Shown one piece after another: positions 1 through 9,131 of a DNA stretch of 38,835 nucleotides. Numbering within the stretch: the first letter of the stretch is position 1; each line of letters opens with the position of its first letter. Source of the stretch: Candidatus Berkelbacteria bacterium CG06_land_8_20_14_3_00_43_10 (GTDB taxonomy: Bacteria > Patescibacteriota > UBA1384 > GWA2-35-9 > CG2-30-43-20); NCBI GenBank assembly GCA_002780235.1, contig PEVO01000025.1, positions 305-39,139 on the forward strand, given 5' to 3'. Below the pieces are notes generated by a model. That model was not told the origin of the DNA and searched no databases. It saw only the letters and a list, made by a program, of their open reading frames with translations. A program made the position numbers and the translations under genes.

Positions 1-95
1 GCTCAAATGTGTGGTGACTGCACCAGAAAGTCCCCATTCCTCCAGACATCGTGGGATTTCTGTATGATAGGCTTGTTCAAACATCTTAGTATGCG

Positions 96-479
96 TTATG
101 ACACCCCATTGATGCCAGTTTGGTTCGTGTTCACGGTAATCATCAGGGTTCTCGGCATATTTTTATTTTTTTCTTGAGAAAGATCGAGCGCTTCACGCAC
201 CAGATCACTCGCCATTGCCGGTAGTTTATCCCACAAAGATGCGACTATTTCGTGAGCTTCCTTTTGCTTTGGTGTTGTAACCGTCTCTTGACCATACCCA
301 CCTGCCCGCATTCCATCGGCGCCCGCTTCTTTTTGGGGAGTTCCTGGTGTGTTGTAAAAATGATCTCGTGCTTGGTCAAGTTGCGCTTTGGATTGTGCTA
401 ACTGATCCTCAAGTGGCAGATCTGCGCGATCTCTCAATTCTGGTGTGGGCTGTCCAGTTCCCAAAGGTTTGATATCCAT
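96..479 (-). CDS. hypothetical protein
   Basis: 127 aa ORF with an AAGGAG Shine-Dalgarno upstream and a hairpin downstream; no family recognised. Confidence 0.6.
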   Translation of the reverse strand: MDIKPLGTGQPTPELRDRADLPLEDQLAQSKAQLDQARDHFYNTPGTPQKEAGADGMRAGGYGQETVTTPKQKEAHEIVASLWDKLPAMASDLVREALDLSQEKNKNMPRTLMITVNTNQTGINGVS

Positions 480-640
480 AGTTACTCCTTGTATTTAATA
501 GTATAACATTCACACCATCATCACAATGGTTTATTACAAAACAAAACACGGGCAAATGGAGTTATACCCGTGCTGTAGTTTGTGTGACCTTACTCTGCTT
601 CTGTACTACGTTTTTAAGTTTTCTGACTTCTTCCCCCCCA

Positions 641-668
641 TAATACTTAATACATAATACATAATACT
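641..668. repeat. heptamer tandem repeat (TAATAC[T/A] x4)
   Basis: read directly from sequence. Confidence 0.85.
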
Positions 669-673
669 CCCCC

Positions 674-703
674 CTACACCTCTATCACAACAGGTATGAC
701 CAC
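674..703 (-). repeat. orphan duplicate of the rnj 3' end (VVIPVVIEV*)
   Basis: minus-strand translation matches the last 8 residues and stop of RNase J, with synonymous differences. Confidence 0.8.
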
Positions 704-776
704 CCCACTTCGCTCAAGCTACGCGGGGCGAGAATAAGACAACACCTGTAATCGTTGACAGTAAACCAAGTTATAC

Positions 777-2756
777 TTAAACCTCAATTACTACTGGTAT
801 GACCATAGGGCGGCGTTGGGTTTTTTCGAACAAGAACTCGCCCACGTGGTCGCGGATCATACGTTTTGCTAGGTCCCATTGCAGTGGGTAGCGGTCGTTA
901 TGGTTTGCAAAGATGCGTTTAATCTCGCTGCGCGCTTCATTGACCAAATCTTCTCGTTCACGCATGTAGATAAACCCACGCGATATAATATCGGGCGAGG
1001 TTACCAATTTACCGGTTTGTCTGTCTACGGTCAGAATCAGCACAAAGATACCATCTTTTGCCATTGCTTGGCGGTCGCGCAAGACGATCGCGCCAACATC
1101 CCCAATGCCGAGTCCATCGACAAGGATTGCGCCTGCCTGGACCTTTACGTCGCTTCGAGTTACTTTTTTATCTTTTAAGAGAACTACCTGCCCGTTTTCT
1201 ATCACAAACGTGTGGTCTGGCTCGACACCGAGCTTAATGGCAAGTTGTGCATGTCTGCGCAACATATAGTATTCACCATGTTGTGGGATAAAGTTATGGG
1301 GTTTGGTGATAGAAAGTAATAATTTAAGTTCTTCTATATGCGCGTGCCCAGAAACGTGGACGTCAACTTCATTGCCAGAATAGACCATCGCGCCTCGGCG
1401 AAACAGATTGTTGATCGTTTCGTTGACCGCGTTTTCGTTCCCTTGAATCGGCGATGCGGAGATGATCACCGTATCACTTTTTCTAATTTTAATATGGCGG
1501 TGTTCGCCCGATGCGATACGCACTAATCCGGAGTATTCCTCCCCTTGCGCGCCTGTTGAGAGCACCGTAATCTGGTCATCGGGGATACTCCCGATACGAC
1601 GCAGATCAACCAAAAGCCCTTCCGGCGCTTTCAAATATCCGAGCTCCATAGCGATCTGGATATTCTTTTCCATCGATCGACCGGAAATAGCAACTTTACG
1701 GTGGAACTTAACCGATGCGTTAAAGATCTGCTGGATTCTGTTGATAAGAGAGCTAAACATGGCGACGATGATCCGCCCTTGCGATTCCTTAAATATCTTT
1801 TCGTAACTTTCTGCAACCAGCTGTTCTGATGGAGTGTAGCCGGGTCTCGTGACGTTGGTTGATTCGCCAAGCATCAGGTCGATACCCTCGCGCCCGAGTT
1901 CAGAAAATCGTGCGATATCGGTTACTTGTCCGTTCCACAGTGGTGTATGGTCAATTTTCCAGTCAGGGACATGGAGTATTCGTCCTTCATCGGTATCGAT
2001 ACAAAGCGCCATATCATCGGGAATAGAGTGGGCGACACGAACAAATTCTATTTTAAATGCACCAAGGTGTAATGTGTTGCCGGGTTTGACGACAGAGATT
2101 TTGGGGTTTTGCATCCCTGTTTCTTGGAGTTTAAACTTAATCATCCCTGCGGTCAGATCGCCCGCATACATCGTCACTTCTTCGAACTGTTTGGGGATGA
2201 TAAACGGGACACTACCGATATGGTCTTCGTGTCCATGGGTAAAGATCCACCCTTTAATACGTTTTTTGTTTTCTATAAGGTAGCGGACATCGGGGATAAC
2301 CAAGTCGATACCAAGGAGCCCTTCGTCGGGGATCATCATCCCACAGTCAACAACGATGATATCGTCTTTATAGTCGTAGACTAAGATATTCTTGCCGATC
2401 TCGCCAAAACCACCCAGCGGGATTATTTTGACGCAATCATGGGGGAGTGGACCGGTCTGGAGCGGTCTGTCTGTTGTCTGCGATGTGGTGGTAAGGATTG
2501 ATTCATCGACCTTTCCCCCGTTATTTCTGGATTGATCGCGTCTGCGGGGCGCACTTCTGCCGCCAGCGTGTCTGGGCGCATGGGTTGGGCGCTCTGGCAT
2601 AGGTTTCTTGATGATCACTTGTTTGCCGGGCATCGCATGTGCTGCCATAATCGGCTTTGGTTTATACACAGAAACAGTGCCGCTGGTAGGCGGGTGTATC
2701 GGTGTTGGCGACGCGGTGCCAGCGTGTGCCGGTTGCGTCGGAGATTCTTGAACCAT
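777..2756 (-). CDS. rnj: ribonuclease J with a disordered N-terminal extension
   Basis: PLGGFGEIGKN, THGHEDHIG metallo-beta-lactamase motif, HVSGH, C-terminal RRPMVIPVVIEV. Confidence 0.96.
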   Translation of the reverse strand: MVQESPTQPAHAGTASPTPIHPPTSGTVSVYKPKPIMAAHAMPGKQVIIKKPMPERPTHAPRHAGGRSAPRRRDQSRNNGGKVDESILTTTSQTTDRPLQTGPLPHDCVKIIPLGGFGEIGKNILVYDYKDDIIVVDCGMMIPDEGLLGIDLVIPDVRYLIENKKRIKGWIFTHGHEDHIGSVPFIIPKQFEEVTMYAGDLTAGMIKFKLQETGMQNPKISVVKPGNTLHLGAFKIEFVRVAHSIPDDMALCIDTDEGRILHVPDWKIDHTPLWNGQVTDIARFSELGREGIDLMLGESTNVTRPGYTPSEQLVAESYEKIFKESQGRIIVAMFSSLINRIQQIFNASVKFHRKVAISGRSMEKNIQIAMELGYLKAPEGLLVDLRRIGSIPDDQITVLSTGAQGEEYSGLVRIASGEHRHIKIRKSDTVIISASPIQGNENAVNETINNLFRRGAMVYSGNEVDVHVSGHAHIEELKLLLSITKPHNFIPQHGEYYMLRRHAQLAIKLGVEPDHTFVIENGQVVLLKDKKVTRSDVKVQAGAILVDGLGIGDVGAIVLRDRQAMAKDGIFVLILTVDRQTGKLVTSPDIISRGFIYMREREDLVNEARSEIKRIFANHNDRYPLQWDLAKRMIRDHVGEFLFEKTQRRPMVIPVVIEV

Positions 2757-2949
2757 TGTGTTTTTTTCCTTTCTTCAATGGTAACGCGTTAAAGAACAGC
2801 GTTACCTTAAAATTGTGTAATTATACTAAAAGAGATGTATTGAATAGTTCACAAAAATTGTTATTGAGAGTTTTCCCCTTGAGAACGTATCGCTAAATCT
2901 ACAGTTATGATACCATAGATATACATAAAAGTCAAGTGGCTTAGGGAGG

Positions 2950-3972
2950 TTGATGCGTAAGATTCTTTCACGAATTTTGGTTATTGCGGTTGTTATCGGT
3001 GTGTCACTCTTTGTTTTGCAAAAAGCGGGGCAGTTTGGGGAGACATTGTTGGCGCTACGCGATGCAAATGCATGGATGCTTATCCCTGCGATTATACTGA
3101 CGGTTGCCTATATCGCCATTCAATCCCGCGTTTTACATGCAAGTTTACATTTAACAGGGACAAAGATACCCTATCGGCATGCAGTTCGTCTCTGGCTCGG
3201 TTCTCATTTTGTCAACGCAATGGTGCCAAGCGGTTTCTTCTCGGGGATGACATATCTGTTGCTTAAGGGGAAAAAGTGGCAACCGCATAAAATATCACTT
3301 GTCATCGGAATTATCGTATCGATATTTGCTGCCTATATTGCGATACTTTCGCTCTTCTTTGGCGGTGCCTTTTTGCATGTATTAAACCCAGATCAGAGTG
3401 TTGCGGTTAAAATAGCGGCAGAAACGCTCGCGGTTGTTGTTGGACTTCTTGTTGTCGCATCACTTCTGTTAGTAGAACATTTTAGCGCGCTTCTATCGTT
3501 TGTGCGCAGAGCGCACAGATTTATTCGCAAGGTATTTTCGCGTAAATCTAAGGTGCTTGATATAGAAAATCCGTTTGAACAGGTTAATTCTGTTCTCACC
3601 ACGCTCCATAAGCGGTGGGTTGATCTGTTAGAACCGATAGGTGATGCGCTGTTAACCCATGCAATCGGTCTTGGCATACTCTTATCTGCATTTTGGTCGT
3701 TAGGGTATCCGGTCCCACCATCGACCCTGCTGACGGGCTATGTTGTTGGTGTGCTGCTTTCTATCGTATCAATCACACCCGATGGTCTGGGTTTTGTCGA
3801 GGTCGCGGTCCCGCTTGTTTTTGTCAGTTTTGGTGTGCCTGTGCCCATTGCAACAGCAGCAACCCTTATCTGGAGGATCTGTACGTTCTGGGCGGTGCTG
3901 GGGTTTGGTGGCGTTGCGTTTAGGAGTCTAGAGAAAGATCGTCATCACTCGGGAGTTCGAGCGGGCGAGTAG
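2950..3972 (+). CDS. lysylphosphatidylglycerol synthase TM / flippase-like membrane protein
   Basis: multiple TM helices; SITPDGLGFVE and AATLIWR motifs typical of the family. Confidence 0.85.
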   Translation: MMRKILSRILVIAVVIGVSLFVLQKAGQFGETLLALRDANAWMLIPAIILTVAYIAIQSRVLHASLHLTGTKIPYRHAVRLWLGSHFVNAMVPSGFFSGMTYLLLKGKKWQPHKISLVIGIIVSIFAAYIAILSLFFGGAFLHVLNPDQSVAVKIAAETLAVVVGLLVVASLLLVEHFSALLSFVRRAHRFIRKVFSRKSKVLDIENPFEQVNSVLTTLHKRWVDLLEPIGDALLTHAIGLGILLSAFWSLGYPVPPSTLLTGYVVGVLLSIVSITPDGLGFVEVAVPLVFVSFGVPVPIATAATLIWRICTFWAVLGFGGVAFRSLEKDRHHSGVRAGE

Positions 3973-5146
3973 ATCGTGTATATTCTTTTTTAATACTGTC
4001 GATAATCGTTCTCGTTTGTTCGTGTAAGTTGCCTGCCCGTGGTTGTTCAAACGCGGCTGCTTGTGTATGTCCACCACCGCCAAAGATATGCGCGAGCGCC
4101 GACACATCTACCGATGGCGCGATGGCACGCATACTGGCGTGGAGCGTATTGCCATTTGTTGGCGATCGGCGTTCCGAAATGAGGAGTGCAAAGTCGACAT
4201 CGGGGGTGCTTTTGAGCAGTTCATCAATGACGCCGGTCAACTCTGCGGGTGTTGCGCCAACAGCGTCCAGTTCTTCAATGCTGACGGCTGACCAGACACA
4301 CGGTGGATTTGCCTCGAGTGTGATGTTCGATAACACCGTTCCCCAGAGTTTAAGTGTGGTGAGCGGTTTGGTCTTAAAGAGCCGTTTAATGATCTCTTGT
4401 TGGCGTGCACCGGCACCGACCAACTGCGCGGCAACAGTAAACGATTTGGGGGTTGTCGATGCGTTTTGGAACGACCCGGTATCGGTAATTATTCCCGTGA
4501 GCAGATAGGTCGCCACATCGTCGGTAAGTAGTTTTGTGTTGTTGCTCGCACTCATCGATTCCAGAAGTGAAACGAGTATCTCGCAGGTCGACGTTGCGGT
4601 CAGATCAACCCAGTTAATTTTGCCAAAATGGTCATTGCTCGCATGATGATCGATGTTGATGACCGGCGTTTCAAAAAAGATCTGGGTGTAATCGTCGTAG
4701 AGCGCGCCAAGGCGTTCGATATCGGGGACATCGAGCGCTATGACAGCGTCAAAATGCGGGAGATTAGAGGAGAACGATACGTTTTCTTTACGCAAAAGTC
4801 CGCGCGAGGGGGTGACGACAATACTTAACTTTTTTGCTGTTTTATCGTGTTTATAGCCGAGTTTGAGTTCGCCTTCACTCGATTGCGTTGTATCGATGGT
4901 GATGATAAACTCGCGCCCGCCATCGAGCGTGCTTTTAATGTCTTTAAGGTGTGGTAGGAACGAAAAGAGTGCGCTGATTTCGCCATTACAGACCATGGTT
5001 ACCGTTTTACCGATAGCACTAAGCGATTGACCGAGCGCCAAAAGCGACCCTATGGCGTCGCCATCGGGGTTTTTATGCGTGGTGACTAAAATAGTCTGCG
5101 CTTGTTTGATGAGCTCAATCGTCTGCTGTTTTGGGGTCAGTTCCAC
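3920..5146 (-). CDS. DHH family phosphoesterase (NrnA-like)
   Basis: HKNPDGDAIGS, IDHH, GIITDTGSF, GGGGH motifs. Confidence 0.92.
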   Translation of the reverse strand: MELTPKQQTIELIKQAQTILVTTHKNPDGDAIGSLLALGQSLSAIGKTVTMVCNGEISALFSFLPHLKDIKSTLDGGREFIITIDTTQSSEGELKLGYKHDKTAKKLSIVVTPSRGLLRKENVSFSSNLPHFDAVIALDVPDIERLGALYDDYTQIFFETPVINIDHHASNDHFGKINWVDLTATSTCEILVSLLESMSASNNTKLLTDDVATYLLTGIITDTGSFQNASTTPKSFTVAAQLVGAGARQQEIIKRLFKTKPLTTLKLWGTVLSNITLEANPPCVWSAVSIEELDAVGATPAELTGVIDELLKSTPDVDFALLISERRSPTNGNTLHASMRAIAPSVDVSALAHIFGGGGHTQAAAFEQPRAGNLHEQTRTIIDSIKKEYTRSTRPLELPSDDDLSLDS

Positions 5147-5234
5147 TCAATTCCTTTCTCCCCGCCTTAAGAGAGTAATTGTAGCAGAAAGCGGTGCGTG
5201 ATGTCAATAATGTTACATTTTTGAAATTTGATTT

Positions 5235-5266
5235 TTGACATTTAATCTCCGATATGGTAATATCGG
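5235..5266 (+). promoter_or_regulatory. sigma70 promoter of rpsT, probably giving leaderless mRNA, with a 7-bp inverted repeat over the -10
   Basis: TTGACA-17 bp-TAATAT ending 6 nt before ATG; CCGATAT-GGTA-ATATCGG. Confidence 0.65.
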
Positions 5267-5269
5267 CTC

Positions 5270-5605
5270 ATGCCTATCACAAAATCAGCTAAAAAATCAC
5301 TTCGGGTATCGCAAACAAAACAAGCGCACAACACCAAAATACGTATCGCGCTTGAAATTGGGTTAAAAAAAGCAACCAAAGAGACGTTTTCTGGCGTCGT
5401 ATCTATTATCGATAAAGCGGCAAAACGCCACGTTATCCATAAAAACAAAGCCGCGCGGCTCAAAAGCCAACTGGTAAAACGGCTTGCCATAACAAAGCCA
5501 GAACCGCGTGCAACAAAAACGCAAACGGTTGCAAAAACAAAAAGTTCTCCAAAAACAAAAGTAAAAAAGACTGTTACTAAAAAAGCAACTGCCAAAAAAG
5601 CATAA
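5270..5605 (+). CDS. rpsT: 30S ribosomal protein S20 with a Lys/Thr-rich C-terminal tail
   Basis: MPITKSAKKSLR and IDKAAKRHVIHKNKAARLKSQL. Confidence 0.95.
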   Translation: MPITKSAKKSLRVSQTKQAHNTKIRIALEIGLKKATKETFSGVVSIIDKAAKRHVIHKNKAARLKSQLVKRLAITKPEPRATKTQTVAKTKSSPKTKVKKTVTKKATAKKA

Positions 5606-5611
5606 GGAGTC

Positions 5612-6181
5612 GTGATGGATCAAATAGGAGGGAGCAAATGGGGGAATTCGCTCACTGTTGTATTTTCTTTGGCAAAATGGATCGTTTTGTTCCTTGTCGC
5701 GCTCCTGCTCATCCATCTATTTGTCGCAACCATCTTTATGGTCGACGGTCCATCTATGGAACCGACGCTCTACACAAAACAGATAATGCTGGTCAACCGC
5801 TTGGCATACCTTACCAATACCCCTAAACGGGGTGATGTGGTGGTAATGCGCTTCCCCGGAGATCCGGTTAAAAGCCGGTATGTTAAACGCATTGTCGGGA
5901 TGCCAAACGATGATATTGCTATCCACGATGGCGCAATCTATATCAATAATAAAGCGCTTATTGAACCATACATCCCATTTGAAACGTATACTGATACGTC
6001 AAATATTACATCAGCACACCTCAAAGCAAACGAATACTTTCTTGTCGGCGATCACCGCGAGGTGAGTAGCGATTCGCGCATCTGGGGACCGGCGCGCAAA
6101 GAAGATCTCATCGGAAGAACAACATTTATCCTCTTTCCTTTTGGCGAAGCTGGCTACATCCCTCACGCATATTATAAGTAG
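5612..6181 (+). CDS. lepB: signal peptidase I
   Basis: N-terminal TM helix, GPSMEPTL (catalytic Ser), YVKRIVG (Lys), GDHREVSSDSR. Confidence 0.95.
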   Translation: MMDQIGGSKWGNSLTVVFSLAKWIVLFLVALLLIHLFVATIFMVDGPSMEPTLYTKQIMLVNRLAYLTNTPKRGDVVVMRFPGDPVKSRYVKRIVGMPNDDIAIHDGAIYINNKALIEPYIPFETYTDTSNITSAHLKANEYFLVGDHREVSSDSRIWGPARKEDLIGRTTFILFPFGEAGYIPHAYYK

Positions 6182-6263
6182 ATCTCACTGTTTAGACTTT
6201 CGATCCGATACCTAATACCCTATTATTCGCTTCCGGGTAAGATATTAAACTTGCTCTACGAAA

Positions 6264-6301
6264 TTACACCACTAGTGCGCATATGCGCACTAGTGGTGTA
6301 A
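6264..6301. repeat. 38-bp perfect palindrome
   Basis: TTACACCACTAGTGCGCAT|ATGCGCACTAGTGGTGTAA. Confidence 0.95.
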
Positions 6302-6398
6302 AACTATAATCCAAACCTTATATCTTTATATCTTCACTCAACATTCAACAACTTTATAATCGAGTGCACAAAGTCGAACAATATAAGATGCGAATGTT

Positions 6399-7937
6399 TT
6401 AGTCGATCGTTGGTGTGCGGGCAAGCGAGAGCGTTGACCCAAGCCAGTTGATCAGCGGAAAGAGTTCTGCGTCAAACTGTTCTATGGTGTGGTATTCGGT
6501 ATCTGTCACAATCCATTCGGGTATGGTAAACGGGTGTAAACGGAACCGCGCGGTCCACTGTTTTTCTACCCCCATCGCGATCGCATAGGGGAGATATCGT
6601 TCAAAATAATCTGCTTCGTCTTGCTGATAGGGCAGTTCGTGTGGATCAGATAAAAACGCTTTAAATGCCAACCAGTCACGATACGCTTTTTTACCCGTAT
6701 CACTCAAGATGGGAAGTTTTGGTGCGAGCGATATTATCGCCAATGCTGACAATATCATACCTACCCACACGAGTGCTGTTTTTGGGTCGGGGAAAAACCT
6801 AATGCCAAAGATAAACCCGCCAAAACCGATGAAAAAGAGAAGAATACCAAAAACCTTAAATCTCCGGTGATACGCCCCCGGGTCTTGGATAAAATAGTTT
6901 TTTTGCGTGACGATACCGTAGATCCCTGAATAAAAGTGTGCTATTTTTTCTGAAAACATGCGATGTCCCACGCGCAGAGTAATGCTTGAGCGGTCAGCGA
7001 CAACTTGATCCTGTGAAAAGAGTTTAGAGAGTAACAGCCGCTCGAATAACTGTATATCCGTATTGTCGTGCACACTCGCGACTGCTTGGAGAATTGCCCG
7101 CACTTCGTCTTTTTCTGACTTTTCTTTGAGATCGATCTGGCTGGGAAGCGCAAATGTATGGTATCTCCCGATACGAAAATCACCTTCATCGTGTTGGTTG
7201 ACCATTATATATTTACGTCGCGCAAGGTCAATAAGCGTTGCTGCGATAGAACGCTTACTCAAATGTCCGTAAAGGAGCGCTTCCACCGCTGCAGGGGGCA
7301 TATCACCCGGCGGTTGTGAAATAGGTTGTATGTTTGCTGCAAGTTCGCCCAGCTGTAAGCGCCGTAAGATCACAAACAGTAAGATGAGCAGAGCGATTGC
7401 AGGGAGCGCTATCGCCAAAGCAAACCACCATGTGAGCGGGCGTTCGAGGACAAACTGGGCGATCCGTTTTGAAATGGGTAGATGCAGCACACCCTTAGGA
7501 AAATCGATCTCAATAGAATACTTTGACCCGGGGTCTATCGAACTAGACAACAGTTGTATGGTGCTTTGATCACGTGTTTTTTGTTCAACACGGGTGACAC
7601 TGGTATGCACCAGTTGGGGGATAACAGTGAGCGATGCAATCGACGTGTTTGGAGGGAGATGCAGTGTCACGCTCGATGAGGGGATATTATCAGTTGGTTT
7701 ATCAAGAATAGGGATCTGCACGCGGTCAATATCGGATAGGGGCGTAAATATCCGATACACATCTTGTCCGTTGTTGACAACGGTCGTATCGGGGTTGATG
7801 GTCAGATCATACATAATTGGACTAGCGATCGAACCCTTATTTTGATCGGGCAGGAGGATATCTGCTTTAGATGTAACTCCTTGTTTTACAACGACGCCAC
7901 TCCAAACAAGAAGACCGATGATCGCCCAAAACGCCAT
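6399..7937 (-). CDS. DUF2207-like membrane protein
   Basis: ATLIDLARRKYI and FERYLPYAIAMGV motifs; TM segments. Confidence 0.8.
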   Translation of the reverse strand: MAFWAIIGLLVWSGVVVKQGVTSKADILLPDQNKGSIASPIMYDLTINPDTTVVNNGQDVYRIFTPLSDIDRVQIPILDKPTDNIPSSSVTLHLPPNTSIASLTVIPQLVHTSVTRVEQKTRDQSTIQLLSSSIDPGSKYSIEIDFPKGVLHLPISKRIAQFVLERPLTWWFALAIALPAIALLILLFVILRRLQLGELAANIQPISQPPGDMPPAAVEALLYGHLSKRSIAATLIDLARRKYIMVNQHDEGDFRIGRYHTFALPSQIDLKEKSEKDEVRAILQAVASVHDNTDIQLFERLLLSKLFSQDQVVADRSSITLRVGHRMFSEKIAHFYSGIYGIVTQKNYFIQDPGAYHRRFKVFGILLFFIGFGGFIFGIRFFPDPKTALVWVGMILSALAIISLAPKLPILSDTGKKAYRDWLAFKAFLSDPHELPYQQDEADYFERYLPYAIAMGVEKQWTARFRLHPFTIPEWIVTDTEYHTIEQFDAELFPLINWLGSTLSLARTPTID

Positions 7938-7984
7938 ATGTTTGTAGTAAAAGCCGATCGTTACGTTCGCGATAGACCCTCCTA

Positions 7985-8076
7985 AATAAACTCTAAACTC
8001 TAAACTCTAAACAAGTATACGCTTTTTGGAACTTTAAACTTGGAGTTTGTTTAGGGTTTAGAACTTAGAGTTTAAT
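7985..8076. repeat. heptamer repeat element (CTCTAAA x3 followed by inverted TTTAGAG-type copies)
   Basis: read directly; resembles the inserts in tsaD. Confidence 0.8.
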
Positions 8077-8078
8077 TT

Positions 8079-9029
8079 TTAAGTTTTGCACAGCGCAACT
8101 ACCAACATATCAAACGCTGTAACCTCGTCCATTATACCATGTTTTATCGCGCTGTCGTAGTGCGTAAACAGTCGTAGTGAACGGACAAGGTGTGTGAGCG
8201 ATGTTTTTTTGACAAAACCAAGCGATTTTGACACGACAAACGGGTGCGCTTTTATAGTTTTTGCAATGGCAAACGGTTGGGTAATCCCTGCATTGTGCGC
8301 AAGCGCAATACCGATACATGTCCTATATGTGCCCGCAAGGAGTGCAAATAACCCAAACGTATTTTCGCCTTGCAGGCGGAGTGTATCAAGGACACTCAAT
8401 GCTTTTTGTTGGTTATGTGCAACAACGCTATCGATAAGATCAAACACAACACTAGAAACTGCCGATGGCACTAACAGAGAAACTGTTTCCTTTGTAATCG
8501 ATGGATTATATGCGCGTAATGTTTCGATTGCGTTGGTGAGTCGATACAGGTCGGGTCCCGTTGTGGCGAGTAATTGGTCGCGTGCATCAGGCGTAATAGT
8601 TGCGCTACGCGTTGCCACATGATCATCGCACCATCGTCTAAGAGCAAGTGGTGTCAGTGGTTTAAAATGTTTAACAAGTGCGCTTTGAAGTAACATTTTA
8701 TATACCGTTAACCGCTTGTCACAATCGTTTGGTTCGTAGATAACGCACAATGTTGTATCGGGGATTGTTGGTAACAGATCGGGGAGTAGATCGATGATGT
8801 TTTTGTTATTAGATTCAAGAGCGCCCATTACCACAACCAGACGTTTAGGTGCGCAAAAGGGTATAGACATGCAGTGATGCTCAAGAACCTGCGGGGCAAG
8901 GGACGCACCATCAAGCACGACACAGTTCATGTCGCCATTATTTTTATCCTTGTAACGCACAATAATTTCCCGGAGTGCCTCTCCCGAGCGATATGAATCT
9001 GTTCCATAGACAAAGATGATGTTAGTCAT
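8079..9029 (-). CDS. holA: DNA polymerase III subunit delta
   Basis: FVYGTDSY, SIPFCAPKRLVVV, DKRL, VFDLID, HPFVVSK. Start moved to ATG 9029 because the upstream codons are repeat-derived. Confidence 0.9.
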   Translation of the reverse strand: MTNIIFVYGTDSYRSGEALREIIVRYKDKNNGDMNCVVLDGASLAPQVLEHHCMSIPFCAPKRLVVVMGALESNNKNIIDLLPDLLPTIPDTTLCVIYEPNDCDKRLTVYKMLLQSALVKHFKPLTPLALRRWCDDHVATRSATITPDARDQLLATTGPDLYRLTNAIETLRAYNPSITKETVSLLVPSAVSSVVFDLIDSVVAHNQQKALSVLDTLRLQGENTFGLFALLAGTYRTCIGIALAHNAGITQPFAIAKTIKAHPFVVSKSLGFVKKTSLTHLVRSLRLFTHYDSAIKHGIMDEVTAFDMLVVALCKT

Positions 9030-9125
9030 AAAGTCTGTAAAGTCGAAAGTCTGTAAAGTCATAAAGTCGAAAGTCTATAAAATCTATAAAGTCTATAAAG
9101 TCTATAAAGTCCGTAAAGTCGAAAG
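9028..9125. repeat. 8-9 nt tandem repeat (TAAAGTC core, about 11 copies)
   Basis: read directly from sequence. Confidence 0.9.
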
Positions 9126-9131
9126 AGTAGT

